Notes: generated from the letters alone by a model not told the origin. A stretch of DNA of 64,000 nt from Octopus sinensis (GCF_006345805.1 NC_043003.1:17546001-17610000); one strand, 5' to 3'. Numbered from the stretch's first letter, positions 23,347 to 36,830 are shown. Translations and numbers: made by a program.

Positions 23347-23986
23347 GTTATTATTATATATATGTATGTATGTATATGTATATATGTGTATATATTATAT
23401 ATGTGTGTGCGCGTGTGTATGTATGTATATGTATGTGTGTGTGTGTGTGTGTGTGTGTGCATCTGAGTGTTTCTTTGTGTTTCTCCACCAAATTGACAAT
23501 TGGTTTTGTTTTGCTTATATTCCCATGATCTAACTTGGTAAAAGACTTCACTCAAACCTAAAAAAATGTACTGAGATCTGTTTGTTCAATTAAGCCCTTC
23601 AAAGTGGTGCCCCAGCATGGCCACGGTTCCATGACTGCAACAAGTATAAAACACAGGATGCAAGCTGTAAGATACACAGTAAATCACTTTATCCAATCAT
23701 TTTAGCTTGTTTATAAAGTTATTTTGAAAGCTGAAATATTTGCAATACAGCCCATTGACTCTCTCTACATATATATATATATATATATATGCGTGTGTGT
23801 GTGTGTGTGTGAGATGCATACATACGTACACAAATATCACTGTATGCCCCTTTTCCCATCAGGAATTGGTTGAACGAGTTAGCAATTTGCCACTTGTCAT
23901 GGTCTTTTGTCATCTAGCACACACAGCTACAGAGAGCATCGGCAATCTTTCTTGTTATGTATATATGAACGTATACAAACATACAT

Positions 23987-24039
<53 letters not shown>

Positions 24040-24163
24040 TATACATATATACCTGTACATACACACGCATATAGATATATACACATGTATATACATACAT
24101 ACATACATATATATATATATATACATTTATATATTTATATGTGTGCGTGTATATATTTACATA

Positions 24164-24196
<33 letters not shown>

Positions 24197-24287
24197 GTGT
24201 TTGTGTGTGTGTGTATGTACATAGACATATAATACACATATATAGAGCATACATACATATATACACATATGCATACAGACAGATAGG

Positions 24288-24327
<40 letters not shown>

Positions 24328-24330
24328 AGG
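23165..24330. repeat. Compound (TAT)n, (GTT)n, (TA)n, (TG)n, (GATA)n, (GA)n microsatellite region with a SINE A 3' half
   Basis: Seen directly in the sequence. Confidence 0.9.
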
Positions 24331-25424
24331 AGAGTAACTCAAGTAAACATGTCAATTTTACAAAGTGGAATTTTTTAAATAACTCACAATATCTTAAAGT
24401 GTTTTTTAATTGCTATGTTTGTATAACTTCAAAATTCGTATTCATTAACAAAAAAATAGGCGCTTAAAAAAGTTTTACTAATATCATGGGAAGTTTGGAA
24501 AATAATCAGGATACACAGAAGGAACAGCAGTAAATTAATTATTTTTATGATAATTAGTAAGTACAGAAATATATTAATAAATTTCATGTTTCTCCTTGAA
24601 TTTTCAGGTGTTTTTATAAAAAGATCTACATTTTTTCTGAGGGTTGAATTACAAATGATATTGTTGTATTAACTTCCCATTGAATACATTTTCCTGTATC
24701 GTTAAATTACCTAAAGAAGTAGTATACCTTAATGAAGACAGGTAGTAACTTTAAAGATGTGTTAAAATAACAAGGATTTAAAAGAAAATTACTGATATAA
24801 TGCAGACCATCATTGAATGACGGATGAGTTGAAACATTGCTATTATGATCAAACAGGTGTCAAAATTTCTTGTAGAATAACAGAAAAAAAGGTGTAAAAT
24901 TAAATGCAAAATGACAAGAGATGATAAATAAATATAGGATAAAAATGATAATTCTAAAACAATTTTACAAAGTAATAACATTTTTTTTTACCTACATTCA
25001 TTTTGTTGGAATTCCTATAAACGAAATTTTTACAATATTCCAGTGTTTATAGATTCAGGCGTTCTGAAAGTTATCCCCAAATTGCTGAAGCACAACTAAA
25101 AAAAATCCTGTCTTTGGCTGGTGACTTTAATCTATCAAAACTATGTCCATCTCCATAGATTTCATGCTTGAATGGTTAGACAGCTTGAAAAAACAGAAAG
25201 ACACGCATAACCTCAAATAAGTCTGGCCTGGCCTGGCTTGGCCGGGCCTGGCACACTTTAGTTTGCCAATCAGAAATAATTTGCATGGCTGTCTGTTGAG
25301 TCTTCCATGACAACCAAAGTGTATATGGCTAAGAAGGAAACTTGCAAGCATAATTATATATTGCATATTTCCATGCCATGTATGTATATATGTATGTGTG
25401 TATGTGTTTGTACATGTGTGTATG

Positions 25425-25469
<45 letters not shown>

Positions 25470-25609
25470 ATGTATGTATATGTGTCTCTGTGTGTGCATG
25501 TGTGTGTGTATATATGTATATGTATATATATATATATGTGTGTGTGTATATATATATGTGTCTGTATATATATATATATATATTTAGGTATGTAGGTATA
25601 TGTATGCAG

Positions 25610-25653
<44 letters not shown>

Positions 25654-25685
25654 TATATATATGTATGTATGTATATGTATATATA

Positions 25686-25730
<45 letters not shown>

Positions 25731-26251
25731 GTACATATATTCATATAGATATACACAACACACACAAATATAAATATATACATACATACACATACATACA
25801 AACATACGTACACATATTCATACATACATCCACACACACACTCATACATACATATATATATATATATACAAGAGCACATCAACATGCACATACATGCACA
25901 CCCATGAGTGGACACAAGCGCGTACTTTCTGAAAGTTTCGGTCATTGCGAACATGTTAACTTATAAGACTGATTAGATTCTTTGTTGCAGGAAATAGTGA
26001 TATCAGTTCATCTAAAATTGGTATCCTATGTCATCAAAAATGCTATCCAATGTCTCTAAAACAATGCTATTTACTATTTAATTTCACTACGACCCCTTTG
26101 CTTATAGCAATCAGCTCTTAGAATACTTTTCCTATTTGCGTGTATAATTGCTTCTTGCGGGGATAGTTTCTCAAGAACTACTCATTATCTTTCAGGTATC
26201 AGGGAAGGCAATTATTTTGGGACATATATCTAGTACTATTATTGTTGTTGC

Positions 26252-26282
<31 letters not shown>

Positions 26283-27842
26283 GCTGTTATATATTTTTTT
26301 ATTAGATGTGGTTTATGTAGCGGTGGCGTTGGTGGTTTTGGTGCTGCTGTTGCTAGTAACGGTGGTGATGGTAGTGGTGGTAGTGGTGGTGTTGGTGGTG
26401 ATGGCAGTGCTGGTGGTGGAGGTGATTGCAGTGATAATAATGTTGAGTAGTTTTATCTAGTGAACGGGGCCTCGTTTCAGTGAGTGGGACCGGTGCACAA
26501 TGATGCAGTCAAGGGGGAGGTCCTGAAACAGGGCACATTTTCTCTTGGTGACCCCACCGCCGCCCTAAACTTGCTAGCATCTGGTATGCAGAGCTTTCAA
26601 CTGGTAGCACTTGCATCTGCAAGTTGTTTGCAAAAAAAATCATTATTATATTTAAAGGCAGTGCTCCAGCATGGCCACAGCCAAATGACTGGAACAAGTA
26701 AAAGAGTAAAAGAGTATATTTGGAAACAATCATAATTGGTAAAGCCTATAAACAGACTCATTGATTGCTATTTGTCTATGTTCCACTTCACTTTTTTCTG
26801 AAAACAGTTAATGTTTGCTTATGTCCTCCAAAATATATTCTATTTGATGACATATAAAGCACATTGGTTTTCCACAAAAGAATCTCAAAAAAAAATAAAA
26901 CATCCCAGGTCTCTATATGCAAAGTTGGGCCTTCTTTAAGCATTAATGCAGTAAAACTTTTTTGCTTGAATATTAACTGGAGAATTTGGGGTGCATCTTA
27001 TATACCTGTCCATCTTTTATGCCATCAAATACAGTATATGTGGTTGGTAAGCAAGCTACTTACCATACAGCCACTCCTACGCCTATGCGTTCAGCTCTTA
27101 GAATACTTTTCCTATAAGATTTATTAATTATGACTTTTCTGAAATATAATATTGGTTTCAATACATGGTTTCAGTTCAAAAATCTTACAAGACTAATTCA
27201 AAATCGAAGGAACTTTATGTCCCCAAAAATAAACAAGTTTCAAGGGAAATGTTTTTATTAATCTTAAATCTACAACTGAACAGGAATAAACAAAGACAAA
27301 CCAGCCACATCTTCAATTTTCTCGGATGAACATCTGAAAACATTAACTTTACTCCTACTTATGACATTTTGTAAATTCTTTGGAAAAAAAACCCAATGTC
27401 CGTATGAATGGAAAATGCATTAAGAATTGAAAAAAATTATGCCATTATTGATGGATTTAAGGAATCAAAGATAAAATAATGAACTCACTCATAAAGTAAT
27501 ATTCCTTAAGGAATTACATTGAAAGTGAATCTAGCAAACATTGGTCCTTTCTTTCTAATGTTCTAATCAAAATCATGCTCTGAGTTAATTCTTTCAAAAA
27601 AATGGAAAAGGTAAGGAAGTCATTTTTACTTCATTTTCATATTTGGTTTTCAAGATTCTTGATTTGAATTTATGTATTGAAACAAATTTTGCTGTGTCTT
27701 GATAGGGTCATAATGCCAATAATAATAATAACACATGCACTGGTTCAATACCACTTCTTTATTTATTGTGAATCAATTGGTTAAAAATCTAAATGTCTAA
27801 TTTGGTAAAGTATCTAACCTAGTTAGTAGGTCAGATATTTAA

Positions 27843-28063
27843 CCCTTTCGCTACCAACCCGGCTGAAACCGGCTCTGGTTCTGAGTACAAATGTCTTGTT
27901 TTCATAAGTTTTGAATTAAAATCTTCCACCAAACCTAAGTCACAATTTATGTTCCTAACACTAGCTTAATGACAACTAAGTTATTTTACTAAATTCTTTG
28001 TTATATTTAAAATTAATTGAAAGAAACACAGAGCATCTCAAAATAAATACAGTAACGAAAGGG
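27843..28063. mobile_element. piggyBac-type MITE, 221 bp
   Basis: TTAA|CCCTTTCGCTAC...GTAACGAAAGGG|TTAA. Confidence 0.85.
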
Positions 28064-28792
28064 TTAATCCATTGACTAACAATCCAGAAGTGGTGTTGAA
28101 CCAGTGCATGTGTAATTACTATTGGCATAATGACCCTCCCAAAATACAACAAAGTCTTTTTACTGGTTGCTACACAAGGTATTCTCCCAAATCTTTTTTG
28201 ATATATTTTGATATATGCTAATCTATACAGATCTAAGAATTTTAGACTTGCTTGAAACGTTAATTGCTTACCATATCTGCAACGTTTTGCTTCTCTATAC
28301 ATTGACACACTAAAGATTTGATGTCGAGCAGCTAATTTGGTAGAAACCCAAAAGATTATTCACCCTCTGGTCAGCATGAAAACCGGACATTAAATGATGA
28401 TGACGATGATGATGATGATGATGAAGATTTCCAACAACAATATTGGCCACTTTATTGAATTCAGTATCTCTATTATCTGAGAACATGCTTATTAAAATTA
28501 TTAGCAAAAAAAAAAAAAAAAAGGCACAGCATCCATAGCTTTTAGAAACATTGTTTTCATACTCCAAATTATTAAAGCATGGAATTAACTACTCATGTCA
28601 GTCGTTAACTGTAAGGATGCTGCATGTTCCAAAAATTCCATGCTTCCAAAAATTTGCCAACACTACTTCTGACGTGCCTGTATCCCTTCCATCTTTGTGG
28701 CTCTTTTACTCTTCACTTTTCTGTCTTCTTGTGCTTTGCTCCTGTGTCGCGCACACACACCCACCCACACACACACACACATTTATATATAT

Positions 28793-29089
28793 CACCGTGA
28801 TCACCATGACCGACCAGGCTATCAGATGTTGCTACACATCGTCGGTCACAATGCGCTTTGCATTGTTTTAGCCTTCCCTGCTGGCTAAGCAAGCAGGTCA
28901 ACAGAAGAACGAGTGAGAGAAAGTTGTGGTGAAAGAGTACAGCAAGGATCACCACAATCCCCTGCCAGAGCCTCATGGAACTTTAGATGTTTCCGCTCAA
29001 TAAACACTCACAACGCCCGGTCTGGGAATCAAAACGGCCATCCTACGACCGTGAGTCTGCTGCCCTAACCACTGGGCCATTGCGCCGCC
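28793..29089 (-). mobile_element. tRNA-head SINE (family B-related variant)
   Basis: Minus-strand head tggcccagtggttagggcagc...tttgattcccagaccgggcg; shares its body with 44750-45030 and 60533-60690. Confidence 0.7.
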
Positions 29090-29435
29090 ACATTTATACA
29101 TATATATACATATCTGTATATGTATATATGCTGGGCTTCTTTTTCAGTTTCCATGTACTAAGTCCACTTACAAGGCTCATAAGTATATATACATAATAAT
29201 GCATAAACTCTTGAATTTATTAAGTAGTTAAATTTCTACTTTATCTACAAACAGGTAATGTATTCAACCATTGGCACCTTTTATATAATTATAGCATTAA
29301 CACAAAATAGCTTCCTAATTCATTAATTATTCTGTCTACTTGAAAAATATATGCCATCCAAAAATTATTAAAAAAAATTGTTAGTATAAGGATGCTATTA
29401 CATAACTGATTTGAGTACTCATATAAATATATACT

Positions 29436-29649
29436 CTACTCTTTTACTTGTTTCAGTCATTTTGACTGTGGCCGTGCTGGAGCACCACCTTTAGTTGAGC
29501 AAATCGACTCCAGGACTTATTCTTTGTAAGCCTAGTACTTATTCTATTGATCTCTTTTGCCAAACTGCTAAGTTACAGGGATGTATACACAGCAGCATTG
29601 GTTGTCAAGCAATGTTAGGGGGACAAACACAGACACACAAACATATACG

Positions 29650-29685
<36 letters not shown>

Positions 29686-29898
29686 TATCATCATCATCAT
29701 CATTTAACGTCCGTTTTCCATATATATATATATGCATATATATGACGGGCTTCTTTCAGTTTCTGTGTACCAAATCTATTCACAAGGCTTTTGTTGGCCC
29801 GAGGCTATAGTAGAAGACACTTGCCCAAGGTGTCACGCAGTGGGACTGAACCCAGAACCATGTGGTTCATAAGCAAACTACTTACCACACAGTCACTT
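29436..29898 (-). mobile_element. SINE family A copy interrupted by a short RTE (CAT)n tail
   Basis: Family A halves separated by catcatcatttaacgtccgttttcca at ~29690-29720. Confidence 0.8.
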
Positions 29899-30749
29899 CT
29901 TAAGAACTTTAGTTAAAAAATAATATATAAATAAACAAAACAAAAAAACAAACATTACAACTTCATTTTTTTTTTTATTTATTTAAATCAGTTTATTTCT
30001 TTTGGCAGATGAAGGTATACAACGCAAAGATTGCAGCATCACAGTGGGATGCCAAATTTTATAACTTCTCTATCAGCGTACTGATGAAAAGATAAATATA
30101 ATTTATATATGTTCCACCTGTTAAAGAATTTTTTCTTCTTCTTCTTCATTCCTGGCATCTAACACACTTTAGTGCAGAGTCTGTTCATATTTACATTGTT
30201 GTGATTAAGATGTATGTAAAGAAAACCAAACATCAGGACTTAGCAAGGCACTTATCAAGTGACGGTTTGCAGCCTTATTCCCTATTGAAGTCAGTTGCTA
30301 TGGCTTTTCACCTGGATTAGTGTTGTATTTCCTGCAGAAGTTTTGTCTGAAACCCAGACAACTGAAGAAAGCTATCAAGGAGATAGGCTTCACAACTGAA
30401 ATCAACTATATATATATAGTGGCCTAGTGGTTAGGGCATTCGGCTCACGATCGTAAGGTCATGAGTTCAATTCCTGATGACATGTTGTGTCCTTGAGCAA
30501 GACACTTTATTTCACATTGCTCCTGTCCACTCAGCTGGCAAAAATGAGTTGCACCTGTATTTCAAAGAGCCAGCCTTGTCACACTGTGTCGCACTGAATT
30601 TCCCTAAGAACTACGTTAGGGATACACGTGTCTGTGGATTGCTCAGTCACTTGCACATTAATTTCATGAGCAGGCTGTTCCGGTAATCGTATCAGCTGGG
30701 ACCCTTATTGTCGTAACTGACGGAGTGCTCCTTTATATATTATATATAT

Positions 30750-31070
30750 CATCATCATCATCATTTAACGTCCGTTCTCCATGCTAGCATGGGTTGGACG
30801 GTTCGACTGGGGATCTGGGAAGCCAGAAGGCTGCACCAGGCTCCAGTCTTATCTGGCAATGTTTCTACAGCTGGATGCCCTTCCTAACGCCAACCACTCC
30901 GAGAGTGTAGTGGGTGCTTTTTACATGCCACCTGCACAGGTGCCAGGTGAGGCTGGCATCGGCCACGGTCGGATTGGTGCATTTTACGTGCCACCGGCAC
31001 GGAAGCCAGTCGAGGCGGCACTGGCTTCGGCCACGATTCGGATGGTGCTTTTTACGTGCCACCGGCCTCG
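30750..31070 (-). mobile_element. 5'-truncated RTE LINE 3'-UTR copy
   Basis: Reverse complement of the 60200-60520 segment. Confidence 0.8.
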
Positions 31071-31410
31071 TGTATAACTTGTGTATAAACTTTGGAAGGA
31101 CCCATTTTAAATTCTGTTGTATTTTACTCATAAGGGATTGGAATCTTACATGTATACCATTCTACCTAAAAAATGGATCTACAGCTTCATTATCCCTACA
31201 TATCTCACATCTATTTTCTTTCCTCCCCTCACTCTCTATTTTGTATCCTATTTAAACTAACTATTACTTAACCATCCTTTCACACTGTCTACGATGAAGG
31301 GATATAATTAATAAATGTCCTGGAAACAGCTGTAAGACCTATCTATGTGTTCTAATATCTACACAGGCTTGGGTTTTTTTTATCTCATTATGCAAAAATT
31401 CTTATATATA

Positions 31411-31783
31411 CAGGGTGTCCCAAAGTGTATACACACTTTAGCAGCTGATAACTCATTTGATATTTTTTCTTTCCAGATGAAACCTATAGGATTTAATGAT
31501 GGCAGTCAGATTAAGCTTTGAACAAAGAAAATTCATTCTAAAATGATACTGGAAGTGTGAAAATGCAGTTGAAGTGCAAAAACAGTTAAAGTATGCATAC
31601 TTTAACTGTTTTTGCACTTCAACTGCATTTTCATACTTCCAGTATCATTTTAGAATGAATTTTCTTTGTTCAAAGCTTAATCTGACTGCCATCATTAAAT
31701 CCTATAGGTTTCATCTGGAAAGAAAAAATATCAAATGAGTTATCAGCTGCTAAAGTGTGTATACATTTTTGGGGAACACCCTG
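31411..31783. mobile_element. Fold-back Tc1/mariner-superfamily MITE built from two inverted 5' ends of a transposon
   Basis: TA|CAGGGTGT...ACACCCTG|TA; near-perfect palindrome centred on GTATG|CATAC (31595/31596). Each arm carries a transposase start MAVRLSFEQRKFILK*YWKCENAVEVQKQ (ATG 31499). Confidence 0.85.
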
Positions 31784-32219
31784 TATACATATATTGTATT
31801 TGGGGATGATCATGTTGCCAGTTTAGCCAATGTACATATAAAGTAACAATTTTAGAAAGAAAACCATTCATTTCATGTCTAGCATGAACTAGACATATCT
31901 TCAGTTTCTCTAAATGATAACTGTTTTCTTCCTAATGAACTCCAGGACTGAGTTGTTGTGTCTGGGGAGAGTCATTCTCTTTTATGCCTTATTATTTAAC
32001 ACATTTACCGGTAAAGTTCCCACTCATTTACTTATTTATTTTTCCTAAAATTTTTGTTGCGTCTTGGAACCTTTCCAATAGTCATTGACTCTGTCCATTA
32101 TCCAAGCTGCGTTCTTTTTATTGTTTGTGTGCATGTGTGTGGGTCAGTGTCTGTGAAAACCAAATCCAAAAACGAAGTATATGTGTGTGTGTGTGTACAT
32201 ACACACACACACATACTTA

Positions 32220-32367
32220 CATATTGTTTTTATTTTGGTCGAGTCACCCTCTTGCTACTCTAAGTTTCACCTGAGAGAGTCTTAACTTGCTTGAAGAATC
32301 TTGAAGAACCCACAGGTGATGAAACTCAGAGTAGCAAGAAAATGACTTGAACAAAATAAAAATATTG
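32220..32367. repeat. Diverged fold-back palindrome carrying a hammerhead motif
   Basis: Arms ttttattttggtcgagtca..tcttgctactctaagtttca / tgaaactcagagtagcaaga..tgacttgaacaaaataaaa. Confidence 0.7.
32286..32338 (+). ncRNA. Type I minimal hammerhead ribozyme motif
   Basis: CTTGC TTGAAGA ATC...GAT GAA ACTC A GAGT A GCAAG; 5-bp stem I, GUA triplet, C3U variant; same stem III as the PLE UTR motif. Confidence 0.7.
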
Positions 32368-32697
32368 GTTTCAAATTTTGGTACAAGGCCAGAAATTTCG
32401 GGGAAGGAGCCAAGTTGATTATATCAAATCCAGTACTCAACTGGTACTTATTTTATCAACTCCAAAACTGTGGTTGTGGTTGTGGTTGGCAAGAAAAAGA
32501 AAGGCAGAACCAGTCCACATGTTAAGATTATTTCAGTCATTGCTGCCCCAGTTAAATGACAGAAACAAGTAAAAGAATAACAATAAGAGATAAAATAAAA
32601 TTGCTAACCTTCCCTGCAATATTTGCCTAGCTCTGAGCACTGGTAAACCACATGAAACCACCAGTTTGCAATATGTTATATATACAATAATAATAAG

Positions 32698-32928
32698 AAG
32701 GCAGTGGGCTGGCAGAAACGTTAGCACGCTGGGCGAAATGCATAGCTGTATTTCGTCTGCGTTACGTTCTGAGTTCAAATTCTGCCGAGGTCGACTTTGC
32801 CTTTCATCCTTTCGGGGTCAATAAATTAAGTACCAGTTACACATTGGGGTCGATGTAATCGATTTAATCCCTTTGTCTGTCCTTGTTTGTCCCCTTCTAT
32901 ATTTAGCCCCTTGAGAGCAATAAAGAAA
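32698..32928 (+). mobile_element. tRNA-head SINE family D copy
   Basis: agtgggctggcagaa...gagttcaaattc head and gactttgcctttcatcctttcggggtc core; further copies at 43296-43695. Confidence 0.8.
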
Positions 32929-33265
32929 TAATATACAATAATAACAAAGGACGTTACCATACACATTTTTATAAACCAAGGACGTTATATAGACCTCTTT
33001 GACTCAAGTTAGAGAAGGGATAGCCCCGTAAAAGTCCCCTGGATATTATACTCAAGGGCGGACTATACGGATTTATGAGGATTTACGGTGATTATTTTTT
33101 CAGTATTGATTTCTCACATGAGCACCAGGTCACACATTTTGTTGGAGCATATTGTCAATTATATTGATCCAGAAAACTTCGCTACTGTTTATTTTATTGA
33201 ACGGGAAAGATAAAAAGAAAAGACGACCCAGTTTAAGATTTGAGTTCAGATCACAAACATATTTT

Positions 33266-34300
33266 ATCACAGCCGAAAGGAGGTAGTCACAGTTCTAGGA
33301 CAGCACTCTACACCATATGAGATGTCATCGGGTGTACCACAGGGATCTGTCCTTGGTCCCCTCCTGTTTGTGGCATACATTAATGACATAGATGCCAATT
33401 TAAAGAATGCCACAGTATTGAAATATGCAGACGACATCAAGCTGTACCTTGAAATCAAGAGGACTGATCCTGATGTCTACAACTCTTTCCTGCAATCAGA
33501 CCTAGACACAATGCAGCAATGGATCACAGACTGGCAACTGAAACTGGCTGTGGACAAGTGTACCACCATGCATTTTGGGAGAAAAAACCCTGCGTCCACA
33601 TACTCCCTCCACAACACTGATATCAAGAAATCCTCTTGCGAGCGTGACCTAGGCATCACTGTCAGCAGTGATTTGCATTGGACAAAGCATATCTCTAAAA
33701 TTGTCAAGAAGGCCGAGGGTGTCTTGGCATCACTCAGCAAGACTTTTGTTAGCCGCTCTCCAGCCATCTATTTAAAACTGTATACAGCTATGGTACGACC
33801 ACACTTGGAATTTGCATCATCAGTTTGGAATCCCTATCTTGCTCAGAACATTGACCTCCTGGAATCTGTCCAGAGACATGCAACCAAACGCATACCCTCC
33901 ATCAGACACCTACCATATTCTGAGCGCCTTGTTTCCCTGGGCATGGATTCACTAAAGCTCCGGCGTCTGGCGACGGACTTGGTAAACACCCACAAGGTTA
34001 TCAACCACCTCACCAACAACAACACTGAACACCTTTTTGATCTCCATGTGTCTAACACACGTGGATATGCCTACAAAGTCAGAAAACAACACAGCTCCCA
34101 TGACTTTCGGAAACATTTTTTCACGCTCGGGGTTGCTGAAGCGTGGAATAAACTGCCTGCGTCAGTTGTTGACTGCCATGACACTGCATCCTTTAAGGCC
34201 CTCATGCTTTCCGAAATCCGCCGAAACTACACCTGATTATATATACACTTTAGATGAGTTGTAGTGCACCTGAGCACTGTACACAATTATTATTATTATT
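33266..34300 (+). mobile_element. 5'-truncated CR1-clade LINE (RT C-terminal half plus 3' UTR)
   Basis: Open ORF to 34236: SGVPQGSVLGPLLF, YADDIKL, ERDLGI, RPHLEFASSVWNPY, LESVQRHATK, AWNKLP; (TAT)n tail. Confidence 0.93.
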
Positions 34301-34984
34301 ATTATTTTTAATACTGGAATTGGAAATACATTTCTGTTTCTAGTTTGGCTTCATTTAATTTCAATATAACGTAGAGAATATTAAAAGAAAAATATTTTAT
34401 TATAAGTGTGACTGTGCTGTTATGTGGTGTGGTGTGGTGTGGTGTGGTAAGAAATTTGTTTTGCTACTATGTGGTTCTAGGTTCAGTACCACTTTGTGGC
34501 ACCTTGGGCAAGTGGCTTCTACTATATCCTCAGACTGACCAAAGCCTTATGAATGGATTTGGTAGATAGAAGCTGAAATAAACCCCATTGTGTGTGTGTG
34601 TGTGTGTGTATGTGTGTGTGTGCATGCCTGCATGTGTTTGGTCCCCACAATCACTTGACAAACGGTGCTGGTTTGTTAACATCCCCATAACTTAGTGGTT
34701 CAGTAAAAGATACTGAGAGAAAAAGTACCAGGCTTAAAAAATAGGTACTCTTCATGGTAGTGACCTAGCATGGCTGTAGTCCAATGACTGAAACAAGTAA
34801 AAGGTAATTGAAGTAGTACCAAATTAAAATAGCTAATTATGTGCCATAATTAATGCATATCCACCATTGTATATATTCAAAAGGTTGTCCTGGCTGTGGT
34901 TAACCTATCAAGGCTGATGTGCATCTGGATTTATCAATAGCTTCTGCTGAGGAAATTTTCTATCTCCTTCCAATATATATAGTC

Positions 34985-35382
34985 ATTTATTCTTTTGTTT
35001 GTTTCAGTCATTTGACTGCGGCCATGCTGGAGCACCACCTTTAGTTGAGCAAATTGACCCCAGGGCTTATTCTTTGTAAACCTAGTACTTATTCTACAAG
35101 TTTCTCTTGCCGAACTGTTAAGCGACGGGAATGTAAACACTCCAGCATCGGTTGTCAAGCAATGTTGGGGGAACAAACACAGACACACAAACATACACAC
35201 ACACACACACACATATATACAACGGGCTTCTTTCAGTTTCCGTCTACCAAATCCACTCACAAATCTTTGGTCGGCCCGAAGCTATAGTAGAAGACACATG
35301 GCCAAGGTGCCATCCAGTGGGACTGAACCTGGAACCATGTGGTTGGTAAGCAAGCTACTTACCACACAGCCACTCCTACGCC
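34985..35382 (-). mobile_element. SINE family A copy
   Basis: Full head and tail. Confidence 0.85.
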
Positions 35383-35842
35383 TATTTGTCAACTATTTGT
35401 GCAGCTGTGCTATTCTCTCTGCCCCCGTCAACAACAACAACATATTAAATTCAAACATATTAGGTGTCATTCTATATCTTGTTTGTCTGATTGATATTTC
35501 GTTTAAATGCTCTGGTATCTCAAAAATTATTGAAGCCAAAAAAAAACTCATTTGCTAAATGAATCATTTTAAGTAAGTAAAATGAATGATTGTATGAGTT
35601 TTTCTTTTTTTTTTGATGTTTTATGTTTTTAGCAATTTATTTTCTATACTCAAGTGTATTCCACATGTGAGCTATAGATTATGCGTAAAACCAAATCAGT
35701 TGCATAATCCTCTTCAGCATCATCATCAATCTCATCATCATCACCTTCATAATCCTCATCACTGTCATTGTCATTATCATCTTCGTCATCACTGTTACCA
35801 TCACCATCATTATCATTATCATCGTTATAGTAATCAGTGTAT

Positions 35843-36360
35843 AGGCGCAGGAGTGGCTGTGTGGTAAGTAGCTTGCTTACGAGCCATATGGTTCCGGGTT
35901 CAGTCCCACTGCGTGGCACCTTGGGCAAGTGCCTTCTACTATAGTGTCGGGCTGACCAAAGCCTTGTGAGTGGATTTCGTAGACGGAAACTGAAAGAAGC
36001 CTGTCGTATATATGTATATATATACTACACTCATGGAGTGGTTGGCGTTAGGAAGGGCATCCAGCTGTAGAAACACTGCCAGATCAGACTGGGCCTGGTG
36101 CAGCCTACTGGCTTCCCAGACCCCAGTCAAACCATCCAACCCATGCTAGCATGGAAAGTGGACATTAAACAATGATGATGATGTATGTATGTGTATATGT
36201 TTGTGTGTCTGCGTTTGTCTTCCCAACATCATTTGACAACCGATGCTGGTGTGTTTATGTACCCATAACTTAGCAGTTCGGCAAAAGAGACTGATAGAAT
36301 AAGTACTAGGCTTACAAAGAATAAATCCTGAGGTCGATTTGCTCCACTAAAGGCAGAACT
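35843..36360 (+). mobile_element. SINE family A copy interrupted by an RTE 3'-UTR fragment (~36020-36180)
   Basis: Family A halves are split at the (TA)n middle by a tacactcatggagtgg...gatgatg segment. Confidence 0.8.
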
Positions 36361-36409
36361 CATGACCTGTTCAGTAAATTTTTCATCCAGACAAACTCAT
36401 ATATTCTGG

Positions 36410-36830
36410 CCTTTACTGGCACTTGTGCCCATGCTAGTAGGGTGCCAAGAGCACCATCCAAACGTGATCTTTGCCAAAGCAGCCAACTGGCTTCCGTGCC
36501 AGTGGCATGTAAAAGGGCACCATTCGAGCATGGTTGTTACCAACGTCACCTACTGGCACCTGTGCTGGTGGCATGTGTAAAATGATTCGAATGAGGTCAT
36601 TGCCAGTACCGCCTGACTGGTCCCCGTGCTGGTGGCATGTAAAAAGCACCCACTACACTCTCGGAGTGGTTGGCATTAGGAAGGGCATTCAGCTGTAGAA
36701 ACTCTGCCAAATCAAGATTGGAGCCTGGTGCAGCCATCTGGTTCGCCAGCTCTCAGTCAAAATCGTCCAACCCATGCTAGCATGGAAAGCAGACGTTAAA
36801 CGATGATGATGATGATGATGATGATGATGA
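36410..36830 (+). mobile_element. RTE 3'-UTR variant fragment (a similar one lies at 38545-38945)
   Basis: ggtggcatgtaaaaagcacccactacactc...ttaggaagggcat...(gat)n. Confidence 0.75.

Noticed and set aside
23128-25966. Multiple 60-220 aa ORFs (Y/I/C/V-rich)
   Set aside because: (TA)n, (TG)n and (TAT)n translations.
28272-28331. 60-nt minus-strand exon candidate (LLDIKSLVCQCIEKQNVADM) with GTAAG donor
   Set aside because: Mediocre acceptor, no recognisable homology and two frames open; cannot be supported without transcripts.
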